From assembly GCA_964497535.1 (NCBI GenBank), contig CAZCCG010000004.1, positions 15,218-79,217 of the forward strand: a DNA stretch of 64,000 nt, read 5' to 3'. A program made the translations under genes and the position numbers. Shown piece after piece: positions 39,630-49,340 of this stretch. The notes beneath the pieces were generated by a model. It searched no databases and had not been told where the DNA came from. It saw nothing but the letters and a program-made list of their open reading frames with translations. Position 1 is the first letter of the stretch; each line of letters opens with the position of its first letter. The stretch comes from an uncultured Gammaproteobacteria bacterium (GTDB lineage: Bacteria > Patescibacteriota > Microgenomatia > Levybacterales > UBA12049).

Positions 39630-40637
39630 TTAAGAAAGTTTCCGTAGCTCTTCTTCAATAAATCTACCCAAATCTCCATTGAGTACAGCCTCTGTATTTG
39701 AAGTTTCATAATCAGTACGGAGATCTTTTACCATATGATAGGGATGTAATACATATGAACGAATCTGGTTACCCCATCCGGGAGTTTTATATCCACCTTT
39801 AAGTTTTGTTTCTTCTTTTTTACGTTGTTCTTCCTGGATAATCCACAGTTTTGCGCGCAGTAATTTAAGGGCATTTTCCCGATTTTGTCCTTGATACCGC
39901 TCTGTCTGGGCTGTCACGACAATTCCTGATGGGAGATGCTTGAGCCGTACTGCTGTTGAGACTTTATTTACATTTTGACCTCCATGTCCACCCGCTCTAT
40001 AAAATTCCCACTCCAAATCGTCTTCTTTTATCTCAACCTGGCTGTTGTCTTCAACCAACGGCAATACCTCAACCAAAGCAAAAGATGTTTGACGCAATTT
40101 GTCGGCATTAAAGGGAGATTGACGCACCAATCGATGCGTCCCGGCTTCATGTTTGAGCATTCCATACGCATACGATCCTTCTATGGTCACTGTTATACTC
40201 TTTAATCCCGCTTCTTCGCCAGGAACTTCTTCGATTACTTCAAATTTCCATCCTTTTTGTTCAAAAAACCGGGTGTACATCCGATATAACATTTCAGCCC
40301 AATCCATTGCCTCAGTTCCCCCTTGACCTGAATGAATTGCGACAATTGCAGGTCCATTGTCATAGGGTCCTGAAAAATACAGGAATGTTTCCAGTTTATC
40401 CAGAAGTTGGGCGGCATCTTCTTGTTCCCCATTATTGACAAGCTCCTGCAAAAACTCCGCATCCTCTACTTCTTTTTGAAGTACAGAAAGCTCCTTCATT
40501 TTTTGGGCGGCTTTTTGGTGCTCTTGCCAAAATGAAGCACTCATGCTTTCAACTTCAATTTCACGAATTTTTTTCTTTTTCTCAGGAATGTTAAGTTTTT
40601 CCAGAAGTTTGTGTGTTCGCTGTGCAAGATCTTCCAT
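39630..40637 (-). CDS. prfB: Peptide chain release factor 2 (no programmed frameshift)
   Basis: GGTEAMDWA, SPF anticodon tripeptide, GGQ motif, WGNQIRSYV; continuous frame. Confidence 0.97.
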   Translation of the reverse strand: MEDLAQRTHKLLEKLNIPEKKKKIREIEVESMSASFWQEHQKAAQKMKELSVLQKEVEDAEFLQELVNNGEQEDAAQLLDKLETFLYFSGPYDNGPAIVAIHSGQGGTEAMDWAEMLYRMYTRFFEQKGWKFEVIEEVPGEEAGLKSITVTIEGSYAYGMLKHEAGTHRLVRQSPFNADKLRQTSFALVEVLPLVEDNSQVEIKEDDLEWEFYRAGGHGGQNVNKVSTAVRLKHLPSGIVVTAQTERYQGQNRENALKLLRAKLWIIQEEQRKKEETKLKGGYKTPGWGNQIRSYVLHPYHMVKDLRTDYETSNTEAVLNGDLGRFIEEELRKLS

Positions 40638-40641
40638 ATTA

Positions 40642-41907
40642 TTAATGAATAATAAATGATCCCAATAATACTAAAGCAGCAGCTGTCATACTGATAGTAA
40701 TAATCCATCCAGCAATATTTGATGGAAGAGAATTTGTATGCTTTCCCATGATTGATTTATTATTGCCAATAAGCATTATTAAAACCAGAAGAGGAGGTGC
40801 AATAATACCATTTAAAACCGCTGTGTAATATAACATTTTAAATGGCTCAATTGCAGTAAAATTAATAAGCAGTCCCAAAAGCGTTGCTATTGTTATAATC
40901 CCGTAAAATCCATGTGCTTTGGTAAACTTTCTATATAACCCTTCTTTCAAACCGAATGCTTCGGCAAATGCGTATGAAGCTGAACCTGCCAAGACAGGAA
41001 CTGCTAAAAGACCTGTCCCGATAATTCCTAAGGCAAAAAGAAGAAACGCAAAATCTCCTACCAATGGCTTGAGCGCTTGCGCTGCTTGATTGGCAGTTTC
41101 AATATTGGTGATTCCATGAGTATGTAACTGAGCTGCAGTAACCAAAATAATAAAAAACATCACTATCTGTGAAAAAAACATTCCAATAACGGTATCAAGC
41201 CGCATAACATGAATATCTTTATTTGTTATTTTTGGTATACCTTTTCCCATAATTCGTAATTTCCCCTCCGCTACTTCTTCTTCCACTTCTTCCCCTGCTT
41301 GCCAGAAAAATAAATACGGAGAAATTGTTGTTCCTAAAATAGCAACAATATTTACTAGGTATGTGTTACTCCATACAACTGTCGGGACAAGAGTTGACCC
41401 AAGTGCCTTAACCCAATCAATATGGATTACAAAAGCGGCAATAATATAAGCACAAAGTGAAAGAGTAAGATATTTGAGAAACTTCGCGTATACTTTATAA
41501 GAAACAAACACTTCCAAAATTAATGTGATAATTGTCATTGTAATAAGACATATGATGAAATGGACTCCAAAAACCATTTGGGCAGAAGCAGCCATTGCGC
41601 CCAGATCTGCTCCGATATTTACCGTATTTGCAATCAGAAGCAATACCACTGCTATATATAAAACTTGCTTTGAATAATGGGTTCTGATAACCCCTGCCAA
41701 TCCTTTTCCTGAAACGATACCGATTCTTCCACACATTTCCTGGATAACCGTCATAAACGGAAAGCAAAACAGCACTGTCCATAACTGTGCATATCCAAAT
41801 AAGGCACCTGTTTGTGAATAGGTACCAATCCCTGAGGGATCATCATCTGATGCACCTGTTATAAAACCTGGCCCAAGTATTTTCAATAATTTCTTAATTT
41901 TTTTCAT
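40642..41907 (-). CDS. NRAMP-related divalent metal transporter
   Basis: GPGFITGASDDDPSGI, GTTISPYLFFWQ; about 11 TM. Confidence 0.88.
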   Translation of the reverse strand: MKKIKKLLKILGPGFITGASDDDPSGIGTYSQTGALFGYAQLWTVLFCFPFMTVIQEMCGRIGIVSGKGLAGVIRTHYSKQVLYIAVVLLLIANTVNIGADLGAMAASAQMVFGVHFIICLITMTIITLILEVFVSYKVYAKFLKYLTLSLCAYIIAAFVIHIDWVKALGSTLVPTVVWSNTYLVNIVAILGTTISPYLFFWQAGEEVEEEVAEGKLRIMGKGIPKITNKDIHVMRLDTVIGMFFSQIVMFFIILVTAAQLHTHGITNIETANQAAQALKPLVGDFAFLLFALGIIGTGLLAVPVLAGSASYAFAEAFGLKEGLYRKFTKAHGFYGIITIATLLGLLINFTAIEPFKMLYYTAVLNGIIAPPLLVLIMLIGNNKSIMGKHTNSLPSNIAGWIITISMTAAALVLLGSFIIH

Positions 41908-41921
41908 AGGGATACCTCGTA

Positions 41922-42320
41922 TTATAAACTATTGCAAATTTGTTGGCAGCTTTGTTTCACTTGATCTTTCGGCGCATTTTCCAGGGTTTTTAGATCATTC
42001 AGGATCTTTTGTACTTGAGGGGAGGAAGAAGCAACCTCTGCTATATCTACTTTTTCGGCTTCTTTTTTAATTTCATCAAATTTACCCTGGAATGTTTTAG
42101 ATGAAGAATCCAAAAACGGGGCTGCAAATGTTGTTCTATTTTGATTACTTGATCCTTCTTTTAACTTTTTATTTTCTGTTGAAGTACCCAAAACGTCATC
42201 TAACGTTGTGTCTTTCACTACATATTGATTTCGGTCTGTACGTGGACTATTAAAATATGCATATGCGCCTACTGCAAATAAACACACAACCATTCCCATG
42301 ACGATTATGAACTTTTTCAT
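41922..42320 (-). CDS. Hypothetical exported protein
   Basis: N-terminal signal/TM; C-terminal C..IC. Confidence 0.7.
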   Translation of the reverse strand: MKKFIIVMGMVVCLFAVGAYAYFNSPRTDRNQYVVKDTTLDDVLGTSTENKKLKEGSSNQNRTTFAAPFLDSSSKTFQGKFDEIKKEAEKVDIAEVASSSPQVQKILNDLKTLENAPKDQVKQSCQQICNSL

Positions 42321-43321
42321 GCTGAAACACCATTTTGAGGAGTATGGGCAATATAAAGAGTAATATTCTCAAGAGTTGTATTCACAATTCGCTGCAGAGC
42401 TTCTGTGCTATTGAACGCATTATGGGGGGTAATTAAAACATTCTTTCGTGTAAGAAGAACATGATTCAACAATTGGGTTTTTATATCACATTCCTTGAGA
42501 AATTGTTCTGTAAGAAGCTGCCGTTCTTCTTTTACCATACATTCTTCTTCCAAAACATCAAGGCCTGCAGCGTGCAGGTACCCTTCATCAAGACCTTTAA
42601 GAATTGCTTCTGTCTCCACCAAACCACCTCTGGCAGTATTTAAAAGCACGCTTCCTTTTTTAAATTGAACAATATTTTCTTTATTTATGAAATAATGGGT
42701 TTGCTTCGTATAGGGAAGATGCAGGGTGACAACATCGCAAGAGCGTAATAATGTGGACATATCTGTAAATTTGAAACCATACTTCCCTGCTAATTCATCA
42801 TCAGGAGTATGCGTATATGCAAGGATATTCATTCCCAGCCCTTTTGCGATTTGTATAACTGCCAACCCAATATTACCGGTTCCAACTACTCCCAGAGTTT
42901 TCCCATACAAATCAAACCCTCTCAACCCATCCAGACTAAAATCACCATCCCTGGTTCTTTCAATCGAGGGAATAAGACAGCGGGAAATTGCCAGGAGAAG
43001 CGCTATCGTGTGCTCAGCAACCGTATGTGTTCCATATACCGGAACAGTACAAACCAGTATATTTTTGTCTTTACATGCAGAGATATCAATATGGTCATAG
43101 CCGGTAGATCGAGTTGCGACCATTTGCAGGGCAGGCAACTGAGTGATCATTTCCCGCGAAATTTCTGAGTATATAAAAATAGAAATAATATCCGCATCTT
43201 TTGCTTCCGTACTATTTTCCATTGTCAGTGGGTACTTGGTAAAAGACAATGAATGACCAGTGAGTTTTTTTTGAATATATGGAATTTCCCAATCTTCTAT
43301 TTCAAAAAATGCAATTTTCAT
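42317..43321 (-). CDS. D-2-hydroxyacid dehydrogenase (D-lactate dehydrogenase-like)
   Basis: RSTGYDHID, VAEH, G.GNIG, NTARG, DVLEEE, TPHNAF. Confidence 0.9.
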   Translation of the reverse strand: MKIAFFEIEDWEIPYIQKKLTGHSLSFTKYPLTMENSTEAKDADIISIFIYSEISREMITQLPALQMVATRSTGYDHIDISACKDKNILVCTVPVYGTHTVAEHTIALLLAISRCLIPSIERTRDGDFSLDGLRGFDLYGKTLGVVGTGNIGLAVIQIAKGLGMNILAYTHTPDDELAGKYGFKFTDMSTLLRSCDVVTLHLPYTKQTHYFINKENIVQFKKGSVLLNTARGGLVETEAILKGLDEGYLHAAGLDVLEEECMVKEERQLLTEQFLKECDIKTQLLNHVLLTRKNVLITPHNAFNSTEALQRIVNTTLENITLYIAHTPQNGVSA

Positions 43322-43381
43322 TATGGTCTATATCATATCATATGGATACTGTTCCACAGTAGGTACTGATATTTATCAGTA

Positions 43382-43936
43382 TCACTCAAGGATCGACCGC
43401 AATTTTTTAAAGTCTTCCATGAATATTTTTTTTAATGGAGGAAATCTGAGTGCTGCTGCAGGATGATATTCTACAACAAATTTTCTTCCATCTTTTTCCA
43501 CTATATCTCCATGTCTTTTGGCTATAGGAATATCTTCGTTAAAAATTGCCCAGGCTGCTACTTTACCCAGCAAAACGATAAATTGGGGCTGTATGATATC
43601 CAGTTGTCCAAAAAGATGTTTTCTCCCATGATAAATTTGTTTTTTAGATGGTGTACCTTGTACTGGCAAGTATTTTACAGCACTTGTAATAAAAATATCA
43701 TCTTCAATTAGCCCTATTTCACGGATTAAACTCCTCAATAGTTGCCCTGACCGTCCAATAAAAGGACGCCCTGTCAGAGCTTCTTGTCTGCCAGGAGCTT
43801 CTCCAACAAATATAATTTCTGCATTTGGGTTGCCTTCTCCTGCAACTGCTTTTCCTGTTGTCCCTATATGGCACTGCGCACATGAATCAATTTCCTGAGC
43901 AATTCTTAAAAGCTCTTTTTCTTTTTTCATATCCAT
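43382..43936 (-). CDS. Uracil-DNA glycosylase family 4
   Basis: C..C, GEAPG..E..GRPFIG.SG, YHPAA; start uncertain (43960/43936/43930). Confidence 0.9.
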   Translation of the reverse strand: MDMKKEKELLRIAQEIDSCAQCHIGTTGKAVAGEGNPNAEIIFVGEAPGRQEALTGRPFIGRSGQLLRSLIREIGLIEDDIFITSAVKYLPVQGTPSKKQIYHGRKHLFGQLDIIQPQFIVLLGKVAAWAIFNEDIPIAKRHGDIVEKDGRKFVVEYHPAAALRFPPLKKIFMEDFKKLRSILE

Positions 43937-43981
43937 ATTGTAATCATCAATTATAAGCATTACTACCGGAGGATTTTACCA

Positions 43982-45187
43982 TTAAAGATAGGAGGCATGA
44001 CGATCTAAGAAAGAAAGAATAGTTTCGGGACCCTTTGTTTTTGGATGAAACTCATCACCTATAACGATTTTTCTTTTTTTCTCAACAAAAGGTATCTCAA
44101 ACTCATAGCAGTGATCTCCTTTACAAAGACGTTTCTTCATGAATGTAATTTTTTCTCCTGCAAATCGTTCTATTTCTTTTTCTATAAACAAATGGCTGAG
44201 CCTGGAACCTCCGACTACTATAAAAGTTGCATTTGTACCTAAACCCCCGAATAACCCCATTGATAAATCAGCATAGCTATCTCCTGCAATTAAAAGATCC
44301 AATTTACTTCTTTTTATTCCAAGTAACTTACAAAGCTTTTTTACAATATGTTCTGTAGCACGTACTTTTTTTGCTCTCGGTGGGGTTACGTGCACAAAAT
44401 ATTTTCCCACAATTGGATTACTATCATCGGTAATATCCATATGTATAATTTGTTTAATAACCTCTTTCGGTACATTTGAATCGTTTTTTAATGAATACAT
44501 GCGTTTTAAAAATTCTTTTTTTGCTTCAAGATTATCAAAAAACAGTTGAATCCTATAATCGGGAGGAAATACATTTGTTTCATACTTATCATATCGATTC
44601 TGGATATCGATAGCGGAAAGATTTGCCAACTTACCAAAACTATTGATGTAACTAATCACCTGTAGGGTTCCAATGCGCCATTCATGTGATTTTTGGGAAT
44701 ATCGTTTTTCAAAACTTATATCATGAATATATCCGCCGTTTTTCTGTCGTATTAATATTTTGGTGCCTGATGATCCAACAATAATATCTGGATCAAGTAC
44801 TCCGAGTGGTTCATAATCCTCAGGAGGTATATAGGAAAACCGTCCATTTTCAAATGACAACCGTGGTTCAGGACGAGAGAATCCAAATTTCTGAGACTTA
44901 CGAAATTCTGTTCCACTCATGACCATTTCTTCTGTACGGGATGTCACAAAGACAAGAGAATATCCCAATTGAGTAAGCCGTTTCCGTACCATATTAGCTG
45001 CTTTTGGAGCTGCGCCCGTAAGTGTTGAATCAATATCAAAAAAGGCAATCCGTAATGGATGTTGGTTTTCCTGAGATTTTTTTAAATGTGAGAGGATAAT
45101 ACTTTCCGAATAAGGAGTTGAGGAACGAGGTTCTTCGGAGGATATGCTAAGGTTTTTCAACCTAGGATTTTTTTTATTAGTATTCAA
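43982..45187 (-). CDS. HAD-superfamily hydrolase (Cof/sucrose-phosphatase-like)
   Basis: FFDIDSTL motif I, VTSR motif II, K, GDSYAD motif IV; start uncertain. Confidence 0.75.
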   Translation of the reverse strand: MNTNKKNPRLKNLSISSEEPRSSTPYSESIILSHLKKSQENQHPLRIAFFDIDSTLTGAAPKAANMVRKRLTQLGYSLVFVTSRTEEMVMSGTEFRKSQKFGFSRPEPRLSFENGRFSYIPPEDYEPLGVLDPDIIVGSSGTKILIRQKNGGYIHDISFEKRYSQKSHEWRIGTLQVISYINSFGKLANLSAIDIQNRYDKYETNVFPPDYRIQLFFDNLEAKKEFLKRMYSLKNDSNVPKEVIKQIIHMDITDDSNPIVGKYFVHVTPPRAKKVRATEHIVKKLCKLLGIKRSKLDLLIAGDSYADLSMGLFGGLGTNATFIVVGGSRLSHLFIEKEIERFAGEKITFMKKRLCKGDHCYEFEIPFVEKKRKIVIGDEFHPKTKGPETILSFLDRHASYL

Positions 45188-45324
45188 TTGGACAGATTGT
45201 GATAAGTCTATATAAAATCATCCTCCTTTATATTTACTATACACTCAAATACAATGCTTGTCAAACTCAGCATTTGAGCTATTATATAGGAGGATTCCTG
45301 AAAATAAAGATGATAATTATAAGA

Positions 45325-46026
45325 TCAATAATTAACCAGAGGAATAATATTTGCCTGTTTACGCAGGTTCGCAATAAGCTGGGTGAATTTATTTTGTAAT
45401 ACCTGCTGCTCAAGCTGCTGTTTTATGCTTTTCTTAATCTGAGTCATATTGGCATTCTCAGGAATTGATGCTTTGTTTTGTTCAATGTAATCATTTACTT
45501 GTTTATCGGTAATAGTTATGGGACCAACCATTTTCTGCGCCAGCTTTTGGATTTTTATCTGCTCCATTAATTGATCTTTGGTCAAACCCTGTGTAGCAAG
45601 TGCTTGATCCAAAGTTTGGCCTTGCTTTGCAAGGCTATCTTCTATCTTTTTCATTTCCTTATTAATATCGGCATCAGAAACGGTAATATTTTTCTTTTTT
45701 GCTTCCTGGACAACAAGCGTTTGTACAATTAAGTTTTCAAGAACTTGTTTACCACCTTGTTGTTCCAACTGTTGAATTACTGCTAACCGGCTAATCGGCT
45801 GCCCATTTACCACAGCTACCATAAAAAGACTTCGAGCAGAATAAAGAAGAAAAAGGATAATAAGAATAGCTAAGGTAATTATGACTACCTTTTTGCTTAC
45901 TCTCATTTCAGAAATACCCTCTTTTTTTGTGTATGTTTCAGCAGAAGCTACTGATGCATTTGATTCTACCGGCTTTCTGGTTTTGTGAGATGCAGATGAA
46001 GCTTTTTTCGTTTTACTGACTGCCAT
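45325..46026 (-). CDS. SurA/PrsA N-terminal-domain chaperone
   Basis: TM then AVVNGQPISR, LI...LV.QEAKKK.ITVS; no PPIase domain. Confidence 0.8.
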   Translation of the reverse strand: MAVSKTKKASSASHKTRKPVESNASVASAETYTKKEGISEMRVSKKVVIITLAILIILFLLYSARSLFMVAVVNGQPISRLAVIQQLEQQGGKQVLENLIVQTLVVQEAKKKNITVSDADINKEMKKIEDSLAKQGQTLDQALATQGLTKDQLMEQIKIQKLAQKMVGPITITDKQVNDYIEQNKASIPENANMTQIKKSIKQQLEQQVLQNKFTQLIANLRKQANIIPLVNY

Positions 46027-46070
46027 ATTTGAGAATTATAACACAACTTTATTGAAATAAAAGCCCCATT

Positions 46071-48809
46071 TTAATTAGGGTAATGACATTTTTTATACTT
46101 TTTTCCGCTCCCGCACCAACAAGGGTCATTCCGTCCCAATTTTGTTTTATTATTGCTTGCTGTTGACTGACTCTGAGACATATTCGAACTACTCCTTGCG
46201 GTAGTCTGTAGACGGTGGACTGTAGACTGACTAACCTCGCTTTCCGGGGTATTTACCCTTATATGCATATGAGGCAATGGATCTTGTCCTTCCTGCTGAA
46301 CATGTATTTTATAGATTCGGTGAACAATTTCATCATCAATTGCTGCCATCAGTTGTTCAAACATTTTAAATGCTTCATTTTTATACTCAACCAGCGGATC
46401 TCTCTGTCCGTACCCTCGAAGTCCAATACCCTGACGTAAATTCTCTATCGCGTCTAAATGATCCATCCAAAATGTATCCATAACTGATAACATAACAAAT
46501 TGTTCAATTTGTCGATTAACAGAAGTTCCTAAATCTTTTTCACGTTTTTGATACAAATCACTTGCCAAGTTGGTTAAAAATTCAATTTTTTCTTCCAAAG
46601 ATACTACCTGCTCCAGTTGAGTAACCAGTTGTTTCTGTGATGCTTCATCAAATGGAATAATAGAACAAAAGTCTCCGACAATCTTTTCATTTGAAGAACC
46701 CAAATTATCAAGGATATCCTGAGCATGCACTGTTACCAAAGAAGCAATAGAATTTTGGATCTTTTCAATAATTTGAGGTTTTAATACGTCTTCCGTTTCT
46801 TGGGAGGAACCCATTTCCAAAATACTTTTTCGAGCTTTATAAATAATTTCCCGTTGTCTGTTCAGTACATCATCATATTCAACGAGATGTTTTCGGGCAT
46901 CAAAATGAAATCCCTCTACTTTTACTTGTGCCTGTTCAATTGCGCGAGAAACAAGAGGATGTTGCAAAGGAGTATCTTCTGGCATGTTAAACCGCGTCAT
47001 CAGATTGGCAATCGTGTCTCCTCCAAAGAGTCTCATAATATCATCATCTAATGCTACAAAAAATTGAGAATGCCCAGGATCCCCTTGACGTCCTGATCGA
47101 CCCCTCAGCTGATTATCAATTCGCCGTGATTCATGCCGTTCTGTTCCAATGACATATAACCCTCCCAAAGCAACTACCTCATCATGATTTTTTTGCCATG
47201 TATCCCACTCTTTTGTCCCTCGTAAGTCCCGACCATCCAAACCTTTTGGACTATCTCCTCCTAAAATAATATCGACTCCCCGCCCTGCCATATTGGTAGC
47301 TACTGTTACAGCACCTTTGGTACCTGCCATAGCAATAATTTCTGCCTCTCTCTCATGATTTTTCGCATTTAATACCTCATGTTTGATACCGCGTCTTTTT
47401 AATGCTTGGGAAATTATTTCATTTTTATCAATAGCTGTAGTACCAACCAACACCGGCTGACCGGTTTTATGTATTTGTTCTATTTGAGAGGCGATAGCGG
47501 CAATTTTTCCTCCTTCTGTCTTATAAATAGCATCGGACTCATCAATACGAGTTACTTGTCTATGTGTTGGAATTACAACGACATCAACCTTGTAAATTTT
47601 GTGGAATTCTTCCGCTTCTGTTGCAGCTGTTCCGGTCATGCCTGCTAATTTTTCATACATGCGGAAATAATTTTGGAGAGATACTGTTGCCAATGTTTTT
47701 GATTCTTTTTGAATTGGAACATTTTCTTTGGCTTCAATCGCCTGATGCAGTCCTTCTGAAAGTCTTCTGCCTATCATAAGCCGACCCGTAAACTCATCTA
47801 CAAGGATTACTTGATTATCTTTAACAATATAATCCCGTTCCTTCTGAAATAATGTCCTGGCTTTAAGAGCTGCTTCTAAATGATACACCGTATCAAAATC
47901 TTTTTCATAAATATTTTGTATTCCGAATAATTTTTCTATTTTTGAAATCCCATGATCTGTCAGATGTGCAGTTTTTAATTTTTCATCAACTTTATAATCA
48001 ACGTCAGAGTTTAATTTTTCAACAACTTTAGCATATTCATAGTATTTTTCAGAAGGTCTTTCATCCGGAGCTGAGATAATATGAGGAGTCCGTGCCTCAT
48101 CAATAAGAACCGAATCGACTTCATCGATAATGGCAAAATAATGCCCCCGTTGACGAAGATTTCCCAAATCTTGTTCCATATTATCCCGCAAGTAATCAAA
48201 ACCAAATTCAGAATTGATCCCGTATACGACATCTGCTTCATATGCCTGTTGTCGGCTAATGGGTTTTAAATGAACAAGTCGGAAATCCGAAGCGGAATTA
48301 TTGGAGAATTCTGGATCATATAAAAATGCTTGCTCACTAATAATGGAACTGACAGATAATCCCAGGAAATGAAAAATCGGACCCATCCATCCAGCATCTC
48401 GCCTGGCCAAGTAATCATTTACTGTAACCAAGTGCACATTTTTTCCAGTTAATGCATTGAGATATAATGCTGGGACTGCCGATAACGTTTTTCCTTCGCC
48501 AGTTTTTTGTTCTGCGATTTTTCCTTCTGATAATACCATTGCTGCCATCAACTGTACATCAAAATGCCGTAATCCTGTAGTCCTTTTTGCCGCTTCTCTT
48601 ACATATGAAAATGCTTGCGGTAATATTTCTATTATTGTTTCTCCATTTTGAAGTCTCTCTTTTAACTCTTGAGTTTTTTTAGGAAAATCTTTATCTTTGA
48701 GTTTTTTTGCTTCTTCTTCAAATGTATTGATTTGATCAACAAGGGGTTTTAGTCTCGTGATTTCTTTTTCATTAGAATCAAAGAACTTGTTCAGAAAAGG
48801 AATTTGCAT
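46071..48809 (-). CDS. secA: Preprotein translocase ATPase SecA
   Basis: KTGEGKT, DEVDS.LIDEARTP, TNMAGRG, C-terminal GRNDPCWCGSGKKYKKCH. Confidence 0.98.
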   Translation of the reverse strand: MQIPFLNKFFDSNEKEITRLKPLVDQINTFEEEAKKLKDKDFPKKTQELKERLQNGETIIEILPQAFSYVREAAKRTTGLRHFDVQLMAAMVLSEGKIAEQKTGEGKTLSAVPALYLNALTGKNVHLVTVNDYLARRDAGWMGPIFHFLGLSVSSIISEQAFLYDPEFSNNSASDFRLVHLKPISRQQAYEADVVYGINSEFGFDYLRDNMEQDLGNLRQRGHYFAIIDEVDSVLIDEARTPHIISAPDERPSEKYYEYAKVVEKLNSDVDYKVDEKLKTAHLTDHGISKIEKLFGIQNIYEKDFDTVYHLEAALKARTLFQKERDYIVKDNQVILVDEFTGRLMIGRRLSEGLHQAIEAKENVPIQKESKTLATVSLQNYFRMYEKLAGMTGTAATEAEEFHKIYKVDVVVIPTHRQVTRIDESDAIYKTEGGKIAAIASQIEQIHKTGQPVLVGTTAIDKNEIISQALKRRGIKHEVLNAKNHEREAEIIAMAGTKGAVTVATNMAGRGVDIILGGDSPKGLDGRDLRGTKEWDTWQKNHDEVVALGGLYVIGTERHESRRIDNQLRGRSGRQGDPGHSQFFVALDDDIMRLFGGDTIANLMTRFNMPEDTPLQHPLVSRAIEQAQVKVEGFHFDARKHLVEYDDVLNRQREIIYKARKSILEMGSSQETEDVLKPQIIEKIQNSIASLVTVHAQDILDNLGSSNEKIVGDFCSIIPFDEASQKQLVTQLEQVVSLEEKIEFLTNLASDLYQKREKDLGTSVNRQIEQFVMLSVMDTFWMDHLDAIENLRQGIGLRGYGQRDPLVEYKNEAFKMFEQLMAAIDDEIVHRIYKIHVQQEGQDPLPHMHIRVNTPESEVSQSTVHRLQTTARSSSNMSQSQSTASNNKTKLGRNDPCWCGSGKKYKKCHYPN

Positions 48810-48858
48810 GCTTCTATTTTACCATATTTCACCTGTATCTGTCTGTTTTAAAACCAAT

Positions 48859-48894
48859 AAAAACCCCCACACGAGGGTTCGGGCAGGGGTTTTA
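48859..48894 (-). terminator. Intrinsic terminator downstream of micropeptide gene
   Basis: Minus strand aaaacccctgc...gtgggggttttt GC stem followed by U tract. Confidence 0.7.
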
Positions 48895-48964
48895 CCAACT
48901 GATCAATTGGTAATTGAACACTAATTTGTCAAAAAAGACAATGACAAATTAGCAACTTACCAAT

Positions 48965-49033
48965 TTATCTTCTTGTCTTTCTTTTTGCTGTCTTTTTCTT
49001 TGCTGCTTTTTTTACTTTTCTTTTTGCTGCCAT
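48965..49033 (-). CDS. 22-aa Lys/Arg/Ala-rich micropeptide (not in ORF track)
   Basis: MAAKRKVKKAAKKKTAKRKTRR; SD AAGGAGGTGAT; upstream TTGACA-17-CACACT; downstream hairpin and terminator. Confidence 0.75.
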   Translation of the reverse strand: MAAKRKVKKAAKKKTAKRKTRR

Positions 49034-49340
49034 GTCAATCACCTCCTTCTTCCTGTCTAAAATGAATTCTTTTTATGCAAGAAATACAGGTTAAGTTAAG
49101 TGTGAAATAATAAAAAATATTTGTCAAGCATTTTTCATTGCCTCAAAATCATTTATTTAGATTGATATATCAATAAAAATCATCATGTGTAAATTATTAC
49201 TTTTTTTTTACATGTGAGGCTAAATAATAAAAAATATTTGAAGCAAAAAATTTTAGATTTCTTATTATAAATTTATTATTACTAAATAAAATTTAATTAA
49301 CAAATTTTTCAGAAACTAATTGAGTAGAAATTATGGAGTA

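Noticed and set aside
40560-40637. Programmed +1 frameshift in prfB
   Set aside because: The frame is continuous; the equivalent site reads CTT AAC rather than CTT TGA C
49140-49340. Very AT-rich tract as replication origin
   Set aside because: I saw no clustered DnaA boxes and no dnaA/dnaN context; it is more likely promoter-upstream sequence
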